Shown here piece by piece: positions 39,137-48,388 of a stretch of 64,000 nucleotides of DNA. The position numbers were made by a program, and so were the translations under genes. The notes under the pieces are model-generated. The model did not search any database. It saw nothing but the letters and a program-made list of their open reading frames with translations, and was not told the DNA's origin. Origin of the DNA: Chloropicon primus (Eukaryota); contig CP060756.1 of assembly GCA_023205875.1 (NCBI GenBank), positions 1,364,001 to 1,428,000 on the forward strand, written 5' to 3'. Each line of letters begins with the position of its first letter. Within the stretch, counting starts at the first letter, position 1.

Positions 39137-39441
39137 GCCGATCTCCGTCGCGGGAGATTGTGACCCGAGTGGGGGCCAGCAGTTCGGCTCGAATGTCCTG
39201 AGAGGTTCAGACGCCTGGCACCGTGCGGCGAGGGCTCGCCCACTGTAAGTGAGGAGTTCGTGCACGTCCCCGGGAGTAGTCCGGGGGGCGGGCAACGATG
39301 AAAGCGAGATGGAACGCGACAGGCCGGCCACGGAGCATCGAACAGTTTCCGCTCTCCACGGTACATGGATCGTGAGCCCGAGGCGGTGACTCCAGAAGGA
39401 GCGCGTGGGCCCCCCAGTGCAGACGAGCCGAGCCCAAATCT
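39137..39441 (+). ncRNA. Signal recognition particle RNA (7SL), plant/green-algal type
   Basis: 5' Alu-domain-like GCCGATCTC...GAGATTGTGACCCGAGTGGGGGC resembles the plant 7SL start; helix 8 CGA-CAGG-CCG-gcca-CGG-AGCA-TCG; long-range pairings ttcggctcg/cgagccgag, caccg/cggtg, gggctcgc/gtgagccc; about 300 nt. Confidence 0.85.
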
Positions 39442-42400
39442 TGCTCCGTGAGACAATGGTTCGGTGAGAGACGTTAGTTATACAAGGGTCACAACGAGAT
39501 CGTAACGGCGGAGGACGGCGAGGAGGACGGCGAGGTGTGTGACCTGGCGGAGCTGGAGAGAGAAAGAGAGCCGCCGTAACGCCAGAGCCGCGAACGAGGC
39601 GGCCGACGAGTGGGGACGAGAAGACCACGACCAGAGAGAAAGCGATGAGTTACCTCCTGGAATACTACAGCCGCTGGTTGCCGACGAAGAAGAGGAGACT
39701 GACGAATACTGGGACGTCATGTGAAGAAGGGGCTGGTGGCGCCACCCCGGCCGCGGTTCTCCAGGGGGGTGGCGCCCAAGGATGGCGGGTGGCGCCCAAG
39801 GATTGTGGTGCCCAATGTCTCTGTCTTCACCCACTTGCAGGGCAGCGGGCAGCCGTGCGGCGCGGTGGCACTCGGAACAAGCCTGGACACCAACGCTTGC
39901 ACAGTGGCCCTGGCGATCTCCGCGGGACCTCATAGGGAGCGGGAGATGGCCGCCATCGAGGAGAACGTGGATCCGACGACGCTTCTCAATGCGGATGGAC
40001 TTCTTGCCTCTCTTCGCTTCGCAGACGACGAATCAGCTGGCCCGCGGCCCACCCTTGCACGCGAGGGTACACGGGCGGAGCGAACTCGCCAGCCTGAGGA
40101 GCTGACCCTGGTCCGCGTGGTCCGAGGCCGTGGCGGAGTCCACCTGGAGCGCGTTGAGGGCTTGAAAGAACTGACCCACTGCATCGTCTTCCTCCGCGAG
40201 TCCCTTGCGCAGGAGGGGCTTGGGAACAAGCTCGCTGGTCAGGCGGCCACGATCTCAAGCGCGTTGCTCGGCAAAGATCTTCCTAAACAGGTGAAAGCAT
40301 TTCGTTTCGTGGAGCTTGGGACCGCCAGCCGCTCGCGATGCCTCAAGGACCGCAAAGTTCTTACGAAAGCTCTTGCCCTTGCGAAGGAGAAGGGCGAGCC
40401 TTGCGCGCTTCTTGTAGCTGCCTTGTCGCGATTGTCGAGACGGTCACAAGCTGACGAGGACCTCGACTACCTTGCTGAGCGCGCAGGGCAGGCCTCTATA
40501 CTGGCGTGTATCCCGACGTCCCATGCAGCAGCTTTGATTGGGGAGGAAAAGAAAGAGGAGCTCAAAAAGTACATGAGCAAGGCTGCAAGCACCTCGGACG
40601 GGCACGCCGTGTACTCGGCGTCGCACTGCATGCTCAAGTCCGGCGCCACCCGTTGTTCTGTAGCATCGGGCCAACACACTTCTGAGGAACTTTGTCTCCT
40701 CGTCGAACACGTCGAGCACGTCCTGAGGCACAAGCTGGAGAATCTGGAGAAGCCGGGGGAGCAGAAGCACGGGAAACCCCTTCTCCTCGTAGGTATTGCC
40801 CGTACGTCGCCTGGAACTGACGTCGCCAAGTCTACTTCGATATATGTCCAACGGTGCCTACTCCTCCACGTCCTCCTCAAGGTGCGCGACAACCTTCAGA
40901 AGGATGTTGCGCTAAGCGGGAAGCTGCCGGTGATTGAAATCACAATTGGGACCTTTGCAGAGAAGTGTGGAGGCTCGACCTCGGAGGAGGCTGCCGTCCA
41001 AGAATGGGTGAAGAAGGTCTGCGACGAGGGCAAATACGCAGGAGGCGTTCTACTCTGCACCCGTGCAGATCGGCTTACAAGGGAGCTTGCGACGCTCGGG
41101 ACGCTCTTGGAAAGGTGCTGTAAGGCGAACATAGCAACGGTTGCGTGCTTGACAGAAGTGGATGCCGTCGTCACCGAGGAGAGACACGTTCAAGAGGCCG
41201 TAGCCCAGGTTCTCGCTGGAGATGAGGAGTATCTTCTTGGAAAGCGCTTTGTGGAGCAACGGGCGAGTGATCTCGTCCGCGCATGGAAGAACCAACCCAC
41301 AGTTCGTGTGCTCGTCGCTGCTTGTTCCATCACGGAAGCGAACTACGACATCATTCTTCGCGAGGAGCACATGGTGTTCCTGGAGACCTACAGGCAATAC
41401 TGCCACGTTCACTCCGTGAGGGACGAGTTGTTTGAAAACCGTGATGGACACGGCTTGGATGAAGACGCATTGAGCAGAGTCTTTGAGTACTTTGCGGATG
41501 CACTAAAGGGAGAACATGTCGATGTCGTGTTTGAGAATGAATGTTTCCCAAACACGGCGATCTCTGTGACTCAAAAAGATTTCTTCAAATGCTCCTGCGC
41601 TGATAAATGCTCTCGCAAGTCGTCCAGGACAACAGGCACCGCGAACACCGCTCCAGCACATACTCGATGCCTTTGTGCTTGTGACATGTGCAAGAGGACT
41701 CGTCCTTGCATTCTCTGGTGGACAGCGACGCCGAGGACGGCGGGGAGAGGGAGAGAGAGCTTCGCAAATTTGATGCCGCTGCATGTCCCTGTGAACGTTG
41801 CAGCAGCAGCCCCTTGAGCACTGGTACGACAAGGAAGACACAGGCCAAGACCAACACGAAAGGGAAGAGGAAGGCCAAAGCAAGGAAGCCGATGAAGGAG
41901 TTTCCTCGACTTCCTACTACAGACGGTACTCAAACCCTGCGCTGCATCTGCTGTGATTATCTTGGCCACGCTGAGTGCCCCTTGGTCAAAACAGGAGCTC
42001 TGACCCCGGTTCCTGGGGAGGAACGTGATCGAGCTGGGCACAATCCCAAGTTCCTCCTCTCGGACTGGTGCTGGTACTGCCATCGTTTCATATTCAAAAG
42101 CGGCTTTAACCAGTGGTGTTCGTTCGGATGCTTCTTGAAAGCCACGAAGTTCGTGGACAAGAAGGAGCTTTGGGACATGAGCAAGGAAATTGGCATGACA
42201 CAACTGAAGAACACGATTGGCTTCTGGTTTTGTGTTCCGTGTACAAAGAAACCTGAGTCCGAGAAAGCCTTGATCGAGAAGATCCCCTCGATCCCCTTGA
42301 TCCCAACCAACGGTTCAAAGGGCTTGAGGTGCTTGTCCTGCAGTCATAACGATTGCAAAATCGGCAAGGGGTACAAGGAGAACGCAGAAGGAGGCGGCGT

Positions 42401-42650
42401 GAACGTTGGCTCCGGCCGGCAGAAGTCCGAGAACAGAAAGGCCAAAGAGGTAGTGACCCCGCATCCAATGCTCGTCAACATGATGCTACAGGACTCCTAA
42501 GCCGATCCTAAAGACTATCCTAATCCTAATCCCCAAAAAGCAATCCTAAAGCTGAAATATTCTATCCTCCTCCACCACACTATGTATGTCTCCGTTGACC
42601 GCCGGCACATCGTTCGTTCGTTCGTTCGTTCCATCCTAAAAACGTCGTTC
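39442..42650 (+). mobile_element. Putative serine-recombinase-encoding mobile element immediately 3' of the SRP RNA; ends undefined
   Basis: Recombinase-like ORF that looks less GC-rich than flanking genes, short repeats at 39729-39812, degenerate CCTAA repeats at 42496-42642; no TIR or TSD identified. Confidence 0.45.
39946..42500 (+). CDS. Protein with two tandem serine-recombinase (resolvase/invertase-like) catalytic domains and a Cys-rich C-terminus; split into overlapping ORFs (39946-41817 and 41688-42500) by an apparent frameshift near 41710
   Basis: Domain 1: IVFLRES...LAGQ...DRKVLTKAL...LLVAALSRLSR. Domain 2: VGIARTS...SIYVQ...VLLCTRADRLTRELATL. Both fit the YxRvS...Q...DRLxR pattern. 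Tail has CxC/CxxC clusters. Confidence 0.7.
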
Positions 42651-43355
42651 AGGTGACCTTCCTTCCACGATCATGGAACTTCGCATCAACAAACGAAACT
42701 CGGGGAGAGACAAGATTCAGTGAGGGACTTGCAGAGTGTCTCCGCTGGACGCATCTCGCAATTCCAGCAGCAGCAGCAGCAGCAAGAAGAGGTGGCACCT
42801 GGCATCGATCGATCGATCGAGGAGCCCAGGTGGAGGGAGAACGAAGACCAACAGGAACAGGAACAGGCTTGTGACTTGTGGGGTGGCGTTGCGAACAACG
42901 GACGATCGGGCGGGAAGGGCGGGAGGGGGAGAGGGGGAGAGGGGGAGAGGGAGAGGGGTCACACCTTCACGCCGGTGGAGAGGCAAGGCGCGACCTTGGC
43001 ACGCAGCATGTGATAAAGTCTTGCTGAGCTGGGTGTGGCCTCTCTCTCTCTCGATCTGCTGGGACTACGAAAGACGTTTCTTTTCCAGGGAGGGGAATTA
43101 TGGGTCCTTCGATTGTACGATAGTCTCGTTTTTCAGATTAGATTAAGCTCTCGTCCGTCGATATTCCGGGCGTGTGAACAAAGATCCGATTCGCGTGAGA
43201 CCGTCGCACCCATCCCTGCACTCCTGCTGCGATACCATGCCACCAGCCTTGCCATACTCGCAGTTCATGTCCGTGACAAACTCATAGGTGCAAGGTGTGC
43301 GGCGGATGCACCGTTCCCCAAGCCAAAGGTGAAGACGGAGGCTCGAGAGCAAGGC

Positions 43356-44165
43356 ATCTCGCTCTGAGGCGTGTTGGATGGATCCTCACCAACGTCTTCT
43401 TCTCGAGGTATCGTATGAAGCTCTGCACAGCATGGAATCCGATTCTTCCTCGAGTTGGATGCATCAGAAACAGAGGATGGGTGTGATGGTGGGCATGTAC
43501 ACTCACTCAGCATGTTGAATACAGCAATATCTATGCTGGTTATGGCCATAAGTCTGAGGCTCATGCGGTTACGTCAGGTTCTTTGGGTGTTTCTGCAGGG
43601 CGACTGTCCTTCACATATGGTTTGCAAGGAGCTTGTGCAGCTGTTGATACGGCTTGTTCATCCTCTCTTGTCGCAGCACACATGTCCTACATGGGCCTTG
43701 TTCTTGGCGACGTCTCGAAGGGACTATATACACAATATGCACCGTGGCGTTCTCGGTCCTCTTGAAGATGGTTCCAAACAAGATACGGTGATGCTACGTG
43801 GCACTGCTGTGAACCAAGATGGGCGATCCAGTGCTTTGACCGCACCGCACGGACCCTCTCAACAGCAAGTGATGCGTATGAGCTTGCACTCGGCAGACCT
43901 TGATGCCTGGAGTGTACAGGTCTTGCAGATGCACGGTACAGGTACTCCTCTTGGTGACCCCATTGAGGTCGGTGCAGCATCTGCTGTGTTACTCTCCGAG
44001 GCCACCAAACGGGACTTCCCTGTCCACATGTCTGGAGTGAAGAGCAATATGGGGCATAGTGAAGCAGCAGCTGGTATGGCTGGTATGGTTCAGCTCGCAG
44101 GCAATCTGATGCATAAATCAGCTAGTGCCATCAGTCACTTGAGACATCTGAATCATCACATACTG
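43356..44165 (+). pseudogene. Inverted, detached fragment of a PKS KS domain
   Basis: Near-identical to the reverse complement of the KS of modules 4-7; about 10-bp frameshifting insertion near 43494-43504; about 140 bp (including AGMLAPDGRCK) replaced by about 21 bp of filler at 43726-43746. Confidence 0.93.
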
Positions 44166-44181
44166 TCAGTATGTGATGATT
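44151..44181. repeat. Perfect 15-bp inverted repeat (fold-back) with 1-nt spacer
   Basis: AATCATCACATACTG-T-CAGTATGTGATGATT. Confidence 0.95.
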
Positions 44182-44493
44182 GCTGCAAACACTTCGTCTC
44201 TAACCTTCACTGCGGGTAATATCGGCGCGAGGTCTTCGTTCTCCAATGACATGATGTCGTCCATGTCCATGTCTCCACGCATGCCGCCGCTCTGCTTTGC
44301 TTTGCTCTGCTTTGCTCTGCTCTGCTCCGTTCGTTCCTCCCGCTCCTCCGTAACCGCCCACCAGAGAACAACGTCTCTCAACAAACCTGGTACCCAGACA
44401 CCTTGGTGCAATCGGATCGGAGAGGGCGGACGAAAACCCACACGAAGAAGAACAACGCGATCGACGCTTGTTGTCGCCTCGACGACAAGTAAG

Positions 44494-45756
44494 ATGGGGA
44501 TGGAGGCGAGGAGGAGAGCGACGGGACCTCGTCGTCCTCTTCGTCCTCGTGGCGGTCGTCCAACGACGAGGACGATGACGACGAGGAGGTCGTCCTCGTC
44601 CCCCTCCCCCTCCGATCCAACCAACGCACCACCAACGTCGTCGTCGTCGTCGTCGTACGAGGAGCTCCGCCTGCGGGTGGATCGGGTGACGAGGGAGGCC
44701 CTCGAGCTGACGCGGGTGCTCCAGGGGTACGACGACGCCACCTCCTCCACCACCTCCACCTCCACCTCCACCTCCACCTCCACCTCCAATGATAATGCTG
44801 CTCAGAATGTTGATCTCACCTCCACCGAGGCCGAGCACCTCCGGCAGCTCCTCGTCCTCGTGGCGGAGGTGGTGGGCCTGCCCCAGGACGCCCTGGACTT
44901 GCTGTGCGCGGCGGGGTACATCAGGCAGGACGAGTGGGCGGACCTGTGGCCCAGGATGAAGGAGAGGCAGAGGCTGGCCAAGGCCCGCAGGGAGGAGGCC
45001 TTCCGCGAGGCCAAGGCCCTGGTGCTGTCGGGGGAGAGGGAGAGGGAGGACAGCCTGGGCTACGAGGGCCAGGACCCCGAGGAGTTCCTGGCGAACGTCA
45101 GGGAATTCTACGAGGAGGTGAAGTGGCACTACGACAAGGGGACCTTCCGGGACCTCCACCTGGCGGACACCCTGAGGGACCGGTCCACCAAGCCCAAGAC
45201 CCTGGAGGACCTGAAGCGGTCGGTGACCTACACCATCCCGGCCCCGACCAGGCCCGCGGAGGAACAGAGGCACTACCGGAGGGCCGAGAGACTGCTGTAC
45301 GAGATCGAGGACGCGTACGCGGGGGGGGACCACCTCGGCCGAGTCTTCGAGGCCCTGGCCCGGGGGGACTTCCTGGAGCCCGGGCTGAGGTACGAGGACC
45401 CCGTCGTCGCCGCGAGCCTGGAGGGCATGGAGGCTGTGGGCCGGGTGTACCGGAGACTGGGGGAGGTCCCCCTCGCCGCGGAGGTGGAGTTCGCGTGGCT
45501 GGAGACCGACATCGACGGCAGGGGCAACCGGGAGGGGAGGGACCCGAGGGTCGTCCACATCGACTACCGAGCGGTGGCGGAAGGCGCGGGCGCGAACCTC
45601 GAGGCGCGGGCGGAGGCGGACTACGTCATCAGCCCCCGAGGGAGGGTGAGCGAGATCAGGGTGGGCTGGATCGACCAGCCGGGGGCGGAATTCCTGGCAC
45701 TGTACTCGGAGGCCCTGGCCGGCCTGGGCGACGACGACGACGACGACGACGCGTAG
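44494..45756 (+). CDS. Hypothetical protein with a possible transit peptide and a SnoaL/NTF2-like C-terminal domain
   Basis: GC-rich codon usage; Arg/Ser/Thr-rich N-terminus; LRYEDPV...GMEAV...YR motif and terminal YVISPRGRVSEI. Confidence 0.6.
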   Translation: MGMEARRRATGPRRPLRPRGGRPTTRTMTTRRSSSSPSPSDPTNAPPTSSSSSSYEELRLRVDRVTREALELTRVLQGYDDATSSTTSTSTSTSTSTSNDNAAQNVDLTSTEAEHLRQLLVLVAEVVGLPQDALDLLCAAGYIRQDEWADLWPRMKERQRLAKARREEAFREAKALVLSGEREREDSLGYEGQDPEEFLANVREFYEEVKWHYDKGTFRDLHLADTLRDRSTKPKTLEDLKRSVTYTIPAPTRPAEEQRHYRRAERLLYEIEDAYAGGDHLGRVFEALARGDFLEPGLRYEDPVVAASLEGMEAVGRVYRRLGEVPLAAEVEFAWLETDIDGRGNREGRDPRVVHIDYRAVAEGAGANLEARAEADYVISPRGRVSEIRVGWIDQPGAEFLALYSEALAGLGDDDDDDDA

Positions 45757-45879
45757 TCACCGCAAGCGCGCAAGGAAACGAAAAGAAACGTCGAAAAAAT
45801 ATTTAAATAACACCTCTCTCTGTGTGTGTCGTGTGTGTGTGTGTGTGTCTAATTCTAATCCGCATGATGATCATCATCG

Positions 45880-47513
45880 TCAGTTTATGTTACAAAAGGA
45901 GGCGACCGTGGACATGAAGTCCTCGAACTGCAGCCGCTTGTCTCGCGTGCAGTCGGTCAGGAGCTTGTCCAGGAGCTCCACCCCCAGCGCCGAGGCGGTG
46001 GGAATCGCAGCGTCCACGCACAGCTGCCTAAGCTGCTCCGGGTAAATGTTGTTCCCACTGTCGCTCAAGCCCGTGAAGGCGTTCTTGAGCTTGGCCAGGC
46101 TGACGTCCCCGAGGGTGCCGCAGTTCTTCTGGGCCGCCCTGGACGACTTTGGGGACTCCACCGAGGCCCTCGTCCGCCTGACGTCGGACCACTTGTCGAA
46201 CAGGATCTTGTTTGGCGTGGCCAGCTCGATCTGCGGCAGCTGCATGGTCTCGGGTATCTTGATGGTCAGCTTGCCGCTGTCGCGACCCTCCGGCTCGAAG
46301 GAATTCTCCAGCTCGAAGATCGCCTTCAGCTTGGGGTTGCTGTCCAGAATCTCGTTCAGGATGCCCTCCGGCAGGTTGCTGAGGGCGTCGACCAACTCGT
46401 AGGACTTTGCAGGCTTCACCTCCCCACACCTGACTTGGTCCTTCACCCACTCTCCGACGTACTTGTAACCCGAGTCGGTCCAGAAGATCGTTCCTAGACC
46501 CTCCCTGGAGTCCTCCGACCAGAAGCCCTTGAAAACGTTGCAGCGCTTTCCCTTCACCACCAAGACGCCCTTTCCTTGCTTCTTTCCATTGTACCACTCT
46601 CCGTAGTGCACGTCCCCATTGGCGTAAGTGTACTGCCCGAGGCCGTGACACCTGTCCAGCACGAAGTCCCCTTTGTATACCTCGCCACTCCTGTAGTACA
46701 GCGTCCCCTTTCCGTGCCTCTTCCCTTGGAACCAATCCCCTTCGTATTGAAGACGCCAGCTGGGGTCCGCCTTCTTCGCGCCCTTGCCCGAGGTCGTGCT
46801 CGGCCTAGCGATCCAGTACGTCCCCCAGCTATGGGGCTTGTTCGCAAGCAAGTTGCCCACGTACTTGTTGCCGCTTTTGAATATTATCTGCTTCTCTTCC
46901 CCCTCGCCAGTGATTTGCATCCAGGTGCCGCTGGAGCCTCCTCCCCTGCTTCCTCTCCCCCTGCTCAAGCCTCTGCTGGACCGGCTGCTCCTGCTCGCGG
47001 TGCTGCGAGTGGCGGGTCGCAGAGAGTGCGTCGCTGGACGTTTGGACAAAATTGGGTTCGGGGGACTGCAAGCTCTCCTGAGAACCGTCGAGGACGGACC
47101 CGTGATCTCGGGATACTTGCAAGAAGGTGGCGAGAACAGCTTCCAAGAGTGCGTGAAAGGCTGCTGGTTGAAAGGCAGGGGCGGCTTCCCCCCGCCAAGA
47201 CTCGTTGTTGGCCGGCCTTCGAACACGGAGTCCTGCCAAAGACGAAAGGAAACAGAATTGAAAAGGTTCAGTCTTCGATGATCCTCTCTCAATTGGCCTT
47301 TGAAAAAAAAAAAAAAAAAAGTGTCCCAAGGCAGAACAATTTCGCTACAAGTGCGCTCCTCTCTTTACGAAGGACGAGTCCCTTGCTCCCTCGGGAAGGA
47401 ACGCCGAGTCAGTGGCCCTCCGAACTCACCTTTTCTTGGCTTTGATTCCTGACATCGTACGAGGTGTTGGGTCTCGGTCCGGCCCTGGTGCTCCCTCTCG
47501 CTATCGCAGCCAT
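45880..47513 (-). CDS. MORN-repeat protein with EF-hand-like C-terminus; exons 47513-47430 and 47232-45880
   Basis: Repeated YxGxWxxGKxHGxG units; in-frame GT-AG intron 47429-47233. Confidence 0.85.
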
Positions 47514-48388
47514 CTTGGTCTGCCTCACTTCTACACGACTTCAAGTCCCTTCCAGTCGTGTTCCGTTTCTCATGCAGTCTCAATCCTATGTTTTGTGGTC
47601 TCAGTACTGCCAAGGCGCCCCCTTGCGTACTTCGCGCCCATACCCAGGACGAGTAAGAGCCCCTCGTGTGTGTGTGTCAAGCCCGCCTTGGGTTGGGTTA
47701 TATCGAGTCCGCCAGACGACGACGCTTTCAGGTCTCAGGTCTCAGGTGGTCTCAGGTCTCCCTCTCCTAAATGCCAACAAAGAGAAGAGAGGGAGAGAGA
47801 GAAGCGGAGCCACAATAACATACACAATGAACAATGGGTTGTACGACACGACACGACACGACGGGAAAGAATAAGGAACGAACAAGGGAAATGCAAATGC
47901 ACCAAAAAAAAAAGAAAAAGGAAGACTCTGTTGAGACAATATCAATACCATCCCAATACCCAATCAACAAAAACATGAGAAAGAGAAAAAGAGGGGGTTG
48001 ACAACGAAAGACATTTGACGTCTTCTGTTGTGCTGGTGGTAGGAGGAGGGGTATTGGAGGGGGGATAGTGAGGGGGGTCTTTCTGTAGGGGCGCCGTGCA
48101 GAAACCATGTTGAACGACAAAAGGATATAATCATTATGCGACCCCAAACACTCCAGGGTGGTGTGTGGTGTGTACAGGCAGTTCCCATGCCATGATTGAC
48201 TTCTCTTGGAACTCTCGGTTCGCGGGAAAAATATCTTAAGAGATTTCCATCCTCCTCTCTCTCTCTCTCTCTCTCTCTCTGGAGACACGCCCCTCTAACG
48301 CCTTGGCCTTGGGCGGGAGGGAAGGCAAAGAAAAAAAATCATGGTGGATTACAATATTGTGTGCGTATAGTGATCGGACACAAAGACT

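Noticed and set aside
39539..39724. 61-aa acidic ORF upstream of the recombinase
   Set aside because: GTG start, short and no recognisable motif; cannot be supported without homologues
41688..42500. Possible TnpB/Fanzor partner of an IS607-like element
   Set aside because: No RuvC D-E-D motifs recognisable; only Cys clusters
39442..43100. Terminal inverted repeats or target-site duplication for the element
   Set aside because: Only matches of about 7-8 bp (tcttgct, cgtgagac) were found, consistent with chance
44275..44288. 14-bp match (ccacgcatgccgcc) to citrate synthase exon 1 near 34356
   Set aside because: Too short and GC-rich; the flanks do not align
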